IMG/VR virus record: IMGVR_UViG_2718218128_000003
Span: 1-21,516 of that record
Length of the DNA: 21,516 bases
DNA from: a virus
Lineage: Duplodnaviria; Heunggongvirae; Uroviricota; Caudoviricetes
Strand: one strand, 5' to 3'
Shown here piece after piece: positions 8,132 to 16,129 of the stretch. A program made the position numbers and the translations under genes. Under the pieces are notes generated by a model. The model saw nothing but the letters and a program-made list of their open reading frames with translations, had not been told where the DNA came from and made no database searches. The first letter of the stretch is position 1; each line of letters opens with the position of its first letter.

Positions 8132-8730
8132 TACGCAAACTCCAGTAGTTGTGCGGCCACATTTTCAACTTCCTCCTGAGAGGAGAATTTACGGAACAGA
8201 ATCCAGTTCCACAGCACATTCAGTACAGATTTATAAACCTGCTGAAACTCGACTTCGTCCATATTCGCAAAAGCGATGGATTTTGCCCGACGCCCACGGC
8301 TACCGTCCGGATAAATATGCTCGGTGTAAAATCCGGCCTGAATGGTTACCCACTCGCGGAAAGCCTCAAACGACTTTAGCAACGCCGTATCCCGGGTTCT
8401 ACGAGTCGCAACGGTGTTAAGGTATTGCTCTGCGGCATCACTCAGGGCTGGCGTGTGTTCCCGACCAACTGATTCGCACAGGTAATCAACGAAACCAGAC
8501 AGCAGTTCTCGTTCGCGAGGCGTGATCGCCCCACCGACCGGAGTCCAGTAATCGAATCCCAGTTGCAGGAGTTTGAAAAAACGCTTGTGGAATGCGTAGT
8601 TACGCACACGCTTAAAGTCTGCGTGTATCCACTCACCTATTTTGATTTGATGCAGAAAATCGCAACTCTCCGGCGTCGCCGGGAGAAGTAAACCAGAAGA
8701 AGTTTGTTTGACCAGTTGTATATGCGCCAT
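8131..8730 (-). CDS. nin-region protein, DUF1367-like (function unknown)
   Basis: 199-aa ORF (MAHIQLVKQTSSGLLLPATPESCDFLHQIKIGEW...) with a start-stop overlap to the ybcO-like gene. Family name is recalled, not searched. Confidence 0.5.
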   Translation of the reverse strand: MAHIQLVKQTSSGLLLPATPESCDFLHQIKIGEWIHADFKRVRNYAFHKRFFKLLQLGFDYWTPVGGAITPRERELLSGFVDYLCESVGREHTPALSDAAEQYLNTVATRRTRDTALLKSFEAFREWVTIQAGFYTEHIYPDGSRGRRAKSIAFANMDEVEFQQVYKSVLNVLWNWILFRKFSSQEEVENVAAQLLEFA

Positions 8731-9193
8731 TTCTCAATCTCTCGATGGCGCAGTGCAGCAGATGCCAGTTGTTCAGGCTGACGTATAAAGTATAAATAAA
8801 CTGGTTCCAGTGTAAAGCCCCCACCTTAATGGAATAAAAACCAAACAACAGATTGCTGGGATACAAACAACGCTTATTATTAAAAGCGGTTAAACAAATT
8901 AAATTTTAATGTTATGCAAATTTGTCAGATCACCATAATATCTCATTTGAAAACCGCTGAAATAACAACCCTATCAGGGTTAATCATATTAAGGTGAGTA
9001 AATATGGAAAACAACAAATCTGTACATTACGTTCCTTTTTTATCTGTAATACTTTTTGTTTTATGCTGTGCGTGGGCATTATTTTTATAAAAATATTTAC
9101 AGATGAAGTAAACCCGCCAATCAGGTTAACTGTGGCTGCGTTGAGGATGCATAATACATCAGAGGTTGCGGGGATTTCTCCCCGCTGGTCCTC

Positions 9194-9349
9194 TTACTCC
9201 CCAAGTTCGTAAGCTGTGAAGACAGCGACCTCCGTCTGGTCGGTTCGGATTCGTACCTCGCAGAGGTCTTTCCTCGTTACCAGTACCGTCACTATAACGG
9301 TTAAACAGATGACGATCAGGGTGATTAACATCGCCTTTTGCTGCTTCAT
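9194..9349 (-). CDS. hok: Hok/Gef-family type I toxin (HokD/RelF-like)
   Basis: MKQQKAMLITLIVICLTVIVTVLVTRKDLCEVRIRTDQTEVAVFTAYELGE, 51 aa, near-identical to HokD as recalled. An in-frame upstream ATG at 9406 gives the 70-aa track ORF. Confidence 0.8.
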   Translation of the reverse strand: MKQQKAMLITLIVICLTVIVTVLVTRKDLCEVRIRTDQTEVAVFTAYELGE

Positions 9350-9520
9350 AGCCCGCTTCTTCTTGCCTTTCAGCACGTAAGAGACTAACCTACGTTTGTA
9401 AGGCATAGATTGGGCCCCAGATTAATGTTAAGCCTCTTGCCGGATGCGTAATATCAACTGGGACTTTTTCTATCTGCCTTTGGTTTTCATGCCCAAGGCA
9501 GATAGCCTCAAGTCCCCGCA
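9350..9520 (-). promoter_or_regulatory. hok mRNA 5' leader with mok-like upstream start and expected Sok antisense target
   Basis: The leader contains CTTGAGGCTATCTGCC and GGCAAGAAGAAGCGGGCT-ATG, which resemble the R1 hok tac and translation-initiation regions as recalled. The Sok gene itself was not delimited. Confidence 0.4.
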
Positions 9521-9559
9521 GCCATACTATTTAACCCCCTTTACTTCGCCAATATGAAA

Positions 9560-9649
9560 TCAATCAGAAAGGCGATTCATAAGAACAATAGCAAGACAAT
9601 AAATTGCCACCACAGCCGCAATAGCCAACGCACACTTGAGAACCAGCAC
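9560..9649 (-). CDS. Candidate 29-aa hydrophobic peptide (V/MLVLKCALAIAAVVAIYCLAIVLMNRLSD)
   Basis: GTG start 5 nt after a perfect AGGAGG; single predicted TM helix; no family recognised. Confidence 0.25.
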   Translation of the reverse strand: MLVLKCALAIAAVVAIYCLAIVLMNRLSD

Positions 9650-9923
9650 GATAACCTCCTGTATTGGACGTGCACCTGCCCTGATAAATATGAGGCTGTC
9701 TCGTCAGTGATTCAATACAACTATTGGGTATAGTTTCTGTGATTTTGTTCTGTAGAAATGGAATACAACAACCAGTCACTACCAGCACTTCTTTAAATAC
9801 GCCAAGTCCGACGGAAGCCAACATCTAGTCTGCTTTGAACGAGGAGCTAACTTTGGTGTATATAGAAACATAATCACTACAGGTAGTTCCGAAAAAATTT
9901 CTCTATCGTGATACTTGCTGGTT

Positions 9924-10973
9924 TTATTTTAATCTCTGTAATTTTTTACGCAGAGCATTAACTCGTCTCTGAACCCCTATTTTTGGATTAAAGCTCAAAG
10001 CTTTTTCATAGGCATCAAGAGCATCACTAAAGTTACCAAGTAAATCATTTGCTTCACCTTTGATGCGAAATGCGGCTGCAGCCCAGTCAGTTCGGTCTTT
10101 CGCTCCTTCATTAAGAGCCATTTCAATTGCTTTCAATGCTTTTTGAGCATTCTTCTCACTGGGATGTTCTCTTAAAAGCGCTCTCGCGGCCTCTACTTTA
10201 AGGTTGAAATTTCCTTTATATAGACAAGCATCTTTATACGCTTCCACGTCAATGGGAATACCGATGGCAGTGTATCTGAAGTATCCAATATTTTTGCATT
10301 TCACTTTCAGCGATCTTAGCTCCCCATTTTCATCGAGATCGAAGAAATAACTATCAGCCCATCCATACTCAGGTTTAATGGAAAATATTGTTGTTTTTGA
10401 CCACAGATTTATTACCTCAAGGATATTTCCATCTTTACCGGGCGCTGCGGCTGTCTGAACCGATGCGTATTTACCACAATGAGAAATTCCGATATTATAG
10501 ATATTTGCTTCATAATGACGTCTAAACTTTTCATTTCCTTCAACATCAATAGCAATCAAATCAGCTTGCAGCGCAGAACCAAATCCAGCGTCATGAACAA
10601 TATAATCACCTGTGTCAGCGACAGCAGCATTAAATGGTCGGGCAATAGTTCTGAGCTTATGAAGGATACGAAAAGTTGGTTTATTAACTAAAACAACTGT
10701 TCCAAATCCACTTTCCCGGTGCCCTCCCCTTCCATTGCCATCAAAGTCACTACAGCCTACAACCCAATGTTTGTTTGCAGACAGATACGCCTGTCCAAAA
10801 AAATAAGGAGAATCAATAGTAAGCCAATCGTTTTCGATTGATATATTTCCGTTTTGTTTCTTGAGTTTAGGAGTTATGTTAGCTGTTAACTCATGCAAAC
10901 TTGAAGGCGTCATTGTTTTTGCAGAAGTTATCCTGGAGGTAAGCAAATTGAATAGTTGTGAAATAAATCCCAT
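9924..10973 (-). CDS. Uncharacterised 349-aa protein: unassigned N-terminal domain with a C-terminal TPR-like helical repeat
   Basis: Long ORF with AGGAG upstream and AT-rich codon usage. The C-terminus (AQKALKAIEMALNEGAKDRTDWAAAAFRIKGEANDLLGNFSDALDAYEKALSFNP) is TPR-like. The N-terminus contains GCSDFDGNGRGGH and HDAGFG motifs that I cannot place. Confidence 0.8.
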   Translation of the reverse strand: MGFISQLFNLLTSRITSAKTMTPSSLHELTANITPKLKKQNGNISIENDWLTIDSPYFFGQAYLSANKHWVVGCSDFDGNGRGGHRESGFGTVVLVNKPTFRILHKLRTIARPFNAAVADTGDYIVHDAGFGSALQADLIAIDVEGNEKFRRHYEANIYNIGISHCGKYASVQTAAAPGKDGNILEVINLWSKTTIFSIKPEYGWADSYFFDLDENGELRSLKVKCKNIGYFRYTAIGIPIDVEAYKDACLYKGNFNLKVEAARALLREHPSEKNAQKALKAIEMALNEGAKDRTDWAAAAFRIKGEANDLLGNFSDALDAYEKALSFNPKIGVQRRVNALRKKLQRLK

Positions 10974-11299
10974 TTATAAATACTCCTGAGTAGCTTTTTT
11001 AAAACGTTGGCACTTATATGGCCCTCCGTGGACAAAGTGGATCCAAAAATGTCCATTCTATCTAAGGCCAGACGAACGTTCTGGTTGAAAATCTGAGTAT
11101 CGCTTCGTCGCTAATTCGCCGTTAGACATATTTAACCACTTTTAGCAAAAATATGCACATTTTTCATCCAAGAAAACAAAAAATCGCCATCCGCAACAAT
11201 CTGCTTGTTTTCGTTAAATTTTGACAATCACGCCTTTTTCTTCTCGGCAGAGCTGAAAAATGCTAAAGTCGTATCTGGGTGGATTAATCGTATACATGG

Positions 11300-11376
11300 G
11301 AAAAGTAGATACGGAAGAAAGGGGAAAAGTAAAAGGTAGATGCAAAAGAAAGGTCCGCTTTGAGCGAGGAGCGGAC
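11300..11376 (-). terminator. Possible terminator after the GmrSD-like gene (GTCCGC...GCGGAC hairpin followed by a T-rich tract)
   Basis: Hairpin at 11353-11376 with a long loop, then CTTTCTTTTGCATCTACCTTTTACTTTTCC on the minus strand. Confidence 0.3.
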
Positions 11377-11500
11377 TTGTTAATATCGAGCCTATCTCGT
11401 AATGATATAATTGAAGACATGTTGTAGGCCTAGCAGGATATCCATGACTCATCAAACTGTCAGTAAAACATCCCACTTACGCCTATGTTTTATTGATAGA

Positions 11501-13183
11501 TTAACCAACTTTCCATACATTTACTGCTTGTTCCGACATCCATTTTTGAAAATCATTGACAGCCTCTAAATTCCATTCAGGATACTGTGTAATCTTAGCC
11601 GCTAATTTATACTTTGATTTTCCATATTCATTTTTCTTCACTTCAAATGAAGCTCTTTTTAGATTATCTTTATCCATCAAAACCATATTTCCTAACCTAT
11701 CCTTTACGTCATTAACCCCCTCCCCAAACGAATTGCACCACCCTTTCTCTGGGTTAAATGGACAAATATGTTCGAGTGTAACTTTTTCATGATCGCAATT
11801 ATTACCAAGATATTGTTCAATTTCAGCCAAGAGAAATCTAATTTTTTTGGCTGTTTGTCTACTTGGCATTCGATGAAATTCAAAAGCATTAAAGAACACG
11901 TTATCATCAGGATATAACCTCTTAAACTCCTCCCCATTTTTCACATTGCTAGCTCTCTTGTATTCCTTATTGGAGATCTTAATCGCAATTTGATTATACA
12001 TGCTTTCTTGTTCACTTGGTGATAAATGACAAATAACATTGTATCTAATTGATAAAATATATAAATAACGAGTCAGGCTGACGAACTCATCTGGATTGAA
12101 TTGATTAAAAGCTGATAGCAATACTGTTAATGGCTGTCTAATATTAAAGAGTCTAATGCCGTTCAGATAATGAATGGCCTTCTTGTATTTAGTATCTTGC
12201 TCTGCCCACCATGAATCATTCGGGTTAATCAATGATGCATAAATAGGTGCGGAATTTATCAGTGATCTTAAATAATCGTATGCTTCTTTAGGGGTTGTAA
12301 TTACTTTTCTCATTGAAGTGTATAAATTATTTTTTGTGACCATTTTTCTATGAGAATTATGATGATACCTAATGTAATCAGAAACATTGCTTTCTCCCAA
12401 CTGATCGATAATCTCCGACCATTGCTCATCTAACTCATCTAATTCCTCATCTCCGATTTTCTCATCCTTAGTTACTATCGAAAACAAATAGTTTTTTAAG
12501 AGATCTGGCGTGGATAACTGGACTCCTCTCGCATTTAAAGTTTCAAATACTTTGTATGCATTTAAATCATCTTGAACAACTATTTTTGTAAAAACCATAC
12601 TCGAAGAAAAATCGGCAATAAACTGTGCGATCTCAGCGCCGGTATTACCGAACTCCTTCTTTTGGAAAAAATCAAAGCATTTCTTGAGTAGCTTATTTGT
12701 AGATGTAGTTCCACGAGTATTAGGAGCTTCTAAGTTTGAACAGATGCTTTGAAAATATCTTTTATTATTTCTATTTAAATCTAGCTTGCTAACCACCTTT
12801 AATGAAACGAAGTTTTTGTTACCCACAAATGTCTTTGTTATTGCATCAAGTCGCTCTGTGTTTTGTTCAACCTCCTCTCCTTTATCTATCAAGTTTTTAA
12901 TGGCTTTCATGGCTGCTAGAACTATAATCGACAAGGTTACTAATCGTTGTTGACCATCAATGACCTCATGTTGATACTGTTCTTTTTGTTGAAGAACTAT
13001 ATATCCCATATAATGAAAACCTTCATCATCAAGTGCTGTAACATCACTCCAAAGGTCCTCCCATTGTTCTACATCCCAAGCATAGTCTCGCTGGAATCTA
13101 GGAACAATGTACTTATTTGACCCTCCAATTAATTCATTGAAGTTCTCATTTTTTGGTTCCATTAACATAAACTGTTTGGCCAT
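11501..13183 (-). CDS. GmrSD-family DUF262-DUF1524 fusion protein (candidate type IV modification-dependent restriction nuclease)
   Basis: 560 aa. N-terminal DUF262/ParB-like motifs (IVPRFQRDYAWD, IDGQQRLVTL) and a C-terminal His-Me-finger-like DUF1524 motif (TLEHICPFNPE...LGNMVLMDKDNL). AT-rich. Confidence 0.8.
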   Translation of the reverse strand: MAKQFMLMEPKNENFNELIGGSNKYIVPRFQRDYAWDVEQWEDLWSDVTALDDEGFHYMGYIVLQQKEQYQHEVIDGQQRLVTLSIIVLAAMKAIKNLIDKGEEVEQNTERLDAITKTFVGNKNFVSLKVVSKLDLNRNNKRYFQSICSNLEAPNTRGTTSTNKLLKKCFDFFQKKEFGNTGAEIAQFIADFSSSMVFTKIVVQDDLNAYKVFETLNARGVQLSTPDLLKNYLFSIVTKDEKIGDEELDELDEQWSEIIDQLGESNVSDYIRYHHNSHRKMVTKNNLYTSMRKVITTPKEAYDYLRSLINSAPIYASLINPNDSWWAEQDTKYKKAIHYLNGIRLFNIRQPLTVLLSAFNQFNPDEFVSLTRYLYILSIRYNVICHLSPSEQESMYNQIAIKISNKEYKRASNVKNGEEFKRLYPDDNVFFNAFEFHRMPSRQTAKKIRFLLAEIEQYLGNNCDHEKVTLEHICPFNPEKGWCNSFGEGVNDVKDRLGNMVLMDKDNLKRASFEVKKNEYGKSKYKLAAKITQYPEWNLEAVNDFQKWMSEQAVNVWKVG

Positions 13184-13473
13184 ATAATTGGAATCCTCTA
13201 CTTTTTTAAAATTAATTTCATGCCTAAATTAAATGGGTTCTTGCATGATATATACTGCTAATAATTATCTTGACACTTCAGGGCCACTCTTTACCACCTT
13301 TACCGATAAAATAATACAGCATTTGTTTAAGTAATGTCCGCAGCTGGCACAAAGCAGGCAACCACACTAGTTCTACCCTGTACCATAAAAATGTCAATTT
13401 ACATATGAACCAATGCTATTTAAACTAAAAATACCTATAAATGCAGCATGATTCACTGATAAAATGCCAATAT

Positions 13474-13851
13474 TCACTGCATAACTTCACTCTTCAGGCA
13501 CTCGCGACAGATTATGTTCAGACGCCTGTCGTAACGGCGTATTTCTCCGTCTGGTAATGACCAGATAAGGTCAGGATCAACCACAACCGGTTTCTTCACC
13601 TTTGTCCTTGATAGTTTTTTGCGGGCGTTTTGCCAGTCTTTACGCGCCTGCTCAGACGGGAATAATCCGTAGCCTGAATTGTAAACATCACCACTGGCGA
13701 CTAGTTCTCTGGCGAGAGTGCTTATGTAATACCTTGATGCACCGGTTTTAGCCTCCAGAGCCCGTAACGTCTCGCGACCGCTCAGAGGTACAAGTTCAAC
13801 AACCTGTCCTTTAATTTTTTCTCGCTCTTCTGGTGTAAATACTTTTGCCAT
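13474..13851 (-). CDS. Hypothetical 125-aa protein with a helix-turn-helix-like segment
   Basis: ATG preceded by GGAGG (the track ORF starts 5 codons earlier at TTG). Contains SGRETLRALEAKTGASRYYISTLAREL. Family not recognised. Confidence 0.6.
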   Translation of the reverse strand: MAKVFTPEEREKIKGQVVELVPLSGRETLRALEAKTGASRYYISTLARELVASGDVYNSGYGLFPSEQARKDWQNARKKLSRTKVKKPVVVDPDLIWSLPDGEIRRYDRRLNIICRECLKSEVMQ

Positions 13852-14059
13852 AGGTGCCTCCGGCAATCACTTTTCCGATGCAACATGGCGGGAAGAATCA
13901 GTAATCTGTCGTACAATATCCCTGTGCTTGTTCAACTCACGCAGCGCGGCGCAGACACGCTCCCACTTCTGGACATGATTTTTCGCCCGACGCAGTTCGC
14001 GGTTTGCCATATGCAGTGATGGTAAAACCAGGTCACCCGGCGTTAAGGGGAGAGATAAG

Positions 14060-14194
14060 ATGGTGCATTACGAAGTAGTTCAGTATTTGATGGATTGTTG
14101 CGGTATCACTTACAACCAGGCTGTGCAGGCTTTACGCAGCAACGACTGGGATCTCTGGCAGGCAGAAGTCGCTATACGTAGCAACAAGATGTGA
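14060..14194 (+). CDS. Small 44-aa prophage protein (YdaG/YdfB-like position)
   Basis: MVHYEVVQYLMDCCGITYNQAVQALRSNDWDLWQAEVAIRSNKM with AGGGGAGAG 5-6 nt upstream. Too short for the ORF track. Confidence 0.45.
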   Translation: MVHYEVVQYLMDCCGITYNQAVQALRSNDWDLWQAEVAIRSNKM

Positions 14195-14204
14195 GATTCG
14201 CAAA

Positions 14205-14360
14205 ATGCAAAAAATCGACCTCGGCAACAACGAATCCCTGGTGTGCGGCGTGTTCCCCAACCAGGATGGAACGTTCACTGCCATGACGTATACCAAAAGC
14301 AAAACATTTAAAACCGAAACTGGTGCGCGCCGATGGTTGGAGAAGCACACAGTAAGCTAA
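14205..14360 (+). CDS. Small 51-aa prophage protein, YdaF/YdfA-like (DUF1391)
   Basis: MQKIDLGNNESLVCGVFPNQDGTFTAMTYTKSKTFKTETGARRWLEKHTVS; resembles Rac YdaF as recalled; convergent with sieB. Confidence 0.5.
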   Translation: MQKIDLGNNESLVCGVFPNQDGTFTAMTYTKSKTFKTETGARRWLEKHTVS

Positions 14361-14845
14361 CGATTAAAACGTCTACTCCTGCTGTTCCAGAATAACTTCA
14401 TAAAATGGGAGTATTTTTCGGTGACGAGATAATAAGAACAGTTTGCGCTATCACTCTGATGTTGAATGATGCCCTTCCGTTCTAATTTTTTCATAACCGG
14501 GTTACGGCAAGGAGAAGTGATAATAAGATTTCCTGTTTTAAGGAAATCTTTAAATACAGCGATTTCTTTCTCAGATAAACGAAGCAATACTCGTTGCTCT
14601 GGTAGTAATGAATAATGCTTTTGAATATGTGCTCGCAATCTTGAGAAGGAAATGGCGACCACGAAAGAAAAGGCAAAAACGATAATCTGAAAGAGCCAAG
14701 GTATTTCAGTATAAGCATTGAATGCGACAGTAAACTCTTTCGGTATCAGCCAGAGAGTGAGACCAAAAATGATAATCGTATACATAAGTCTTTCGAGTGG
14801 CTCGTTAGCAAAAAGTTTCAACGATGGAGTAAATACATCCAACAT
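14357..14845 (-). CDS. sieB: Superinfection exclusion protein B
   Basis: 162 aa from MLDVFTPSLKLF... with hydrophobic segments. Position between kilR and the ydaF-like gene in opposite orientation matches Rac. The track ORF has a 41-codon upstream extension that I trimmed. Confidence 0.75.
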   Translation of the reverse strand: MLDVFTPSLKLFANEPLERLMYTIIIFGLTLWLIPKEFTVAFNAYTEIPWLFQIIVFAFSFVVAISFSRLRAHIQKHYSLLPEQRVLLRLSEKEIAVFKDFLKTGNLIITSPCRNPVMKKLERKGIIQHQSDSANCSYYLVTEKYSHFMKLFWNSRSRRFNR

Positions 14846-15286
14846 ATCAATAACTCTCAACTGTAAGGGTATTGAAATGTTAACACAAGCTCTCGCTGTA
14901 GGGGTATAGCCGAGACCACCGAAGCCCGGAGGTGGTGAAATAAAACCGGGCACAACACGAAGGCGCATTTCCGATATCCATAAAGAGTCGGTCTTGTCTG
15001 TTAAATTTAAATGGTGGGAGTGCGCCTCCGGTTGTAAATAACGACATTGCTGTGTGTAGTCCTGGCGGCATCAGTTTTTTTCTTGAAGTTCGGCTGATGT
15101 CCGCCCTTTTTAAAGTGAATTTTGTGATGCGGTGAATGCGGCTAAGCGCACGTGGCACAGTTAAAAGTCATGTTAGTCCTTATTGGTTTGGGTGGGAAAG
15201 CCGACTGTAATTGTTAACTGGTTGCAGTCACCTGGAGGCACCAGACACCGCATCAACAAAGTTCATTTGTAAAAATGGAGATAATT

Positions 15287-15508
15287 ATGATTGCACATCA
15301 CTTCGGAACTGATGAAATACCACGTCAGTGTGTGACTCCTGGCGATTATGTTCTTCATGAAGGCCGGACATATATTGCCTCGGCAAACAATATTAAAAAG
15401 CGAAAACTATATATTCGTAACCTGACCACAAAAACATGCATTACTGACCGCATGATTAAAGTCTTCCTCGGTCGTGATGGTTTACCTGTAAAGGCGGAGT
15501 CATGGTGA
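15287..15508 (+). CDS. kilR: Kil protein (cell-division inhibitor) of Rac
   Basis: 73 aa, [29 protein letters not shown]..., with GGAG upstream; matches KilR as recalled. Confidence 0.85.
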   Translation: MIAHHFGTDEIPRQCVTPGDYVLHEGRTYIASANNIKKRKLYIRNLTTKTCITDRMIKVFLGRDGLPVKAESW

Positions 15509-15678
15509 TGACTAAGAAAATAAAATGTGCTTACCACCTTTGCAAAAAAGACGTTGAAGAAAGCAAAGCTATTGAAAGAATGCTTCACTTCATGCACGGG
15601 ATTTTATCAAAAGACGAACCGAGAAAATATTGCAGTGAAGCTTGTGCCGAAAAAGACCAGATGGCACATGAACTTTAA
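15508..15678 (+). CDS. ydaE: Small zinc-binding protein YdaE
   Basis: 56 aa, [14 protein letters not shown]...YCSEACAEKDQMAHEL; start overlaps the kilR stop (TGATG). Confidence 0.8.
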   Translation: MTKKIKCAYHLCKKDVEESKAIERMLHFMHGILSKDEPRKYCSEACAEKDQMAHEL

Positions 15679-15752
15679 TTAATTAACTATTCGAAACTGA
15701 ATTTATGCCAGAAATGGCAGGTATTCGCTCAACCTTAATTAAGGAGAAAAAC

Positions 15753-16028
15753 ATGATTACCAATTATGAAGCCACTGTTGTAACTACCGATGACATTGTT
15801 CACGAGGTGAATCTGGAAGGAAAGCGCATTGGCTACGTAATTAAAACAGAAAATAAAGAAACCCCATTCACTGTGGTTGATATCGATGGTCCATCAGGCA
15901 ACGTAAAAACACTTGATGAAGGTGTCAAAAAAATGTGCCTGGTGCATATCGGAAAGAATCTGCCCGCAGAAAAAAAAGCCGAATTTCTGGCAACTCTAAT
16001 TGCAATGAAATTAAAAGGTGAAATCTGA
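15753..16028 (+). CDS. racC: RacC protein
   Basis: 91 aa from MITNYEATVVTTDD... with AAGGAG upstream; the track ORF is extended upstream. Confidence 0.85.
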   Translation: MITNYEATVVTTDDIVHEVNLEGKRIGYVIKTENKETPFTVVDIDGPSGNVKTLDEGVKKMCLVHIGKNLPAEKKAEFLATLIAMKLKGEI

Positions 16029-16129
16029 AAGAAATAGCCTGCGTATGGCACAGGCTATGAACAGTGTGTATCCGGCAAGATCATTCACTGAACAAAACGA
16101 ATTTTAATCTGAGTTGAGGTTAAAAAACA

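Noticed and set aside
8633-9824. ORFs 8633..8866 (-), 8994..9212 (+) and 9564..9824 (-)
   Set aside because: They overlap the DUF1367-like start or the hok 3' region, or are Cys/Gly-rich low-complexity translations. The shorter 29-aa ORF in another frame has better initiation signals than 9564..9824.
11214-11476. ORFs 11214..11420 and 11228..11476 in the gap between the GmrSD-like and TPR genes
   Set aside because: Mutually overlapping, no SD, and they cover a probable terminator hairpin and T-rich tract; judged non-coding.
13867-14010. 47-aa minus-strand ORF (MANRELRRAKNHVQKWERVCAALRELNKHRD...) just upstream of the HTH gene
   Set aside because: No Shine-Dalgarno and no recognisable family. 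It could be a remnant of a deleted regulator; kept only as a note.
14132-15158. ORFs 14132..14350 (-), 14491..14718 (-), 14718..14909 (+) and 14880..15158 (-)
   Set aside because: Antisense or out-of-frame overlaps with the ydaF/ydaG-like genes and sieB, or upstream non-coding DNA; no support.
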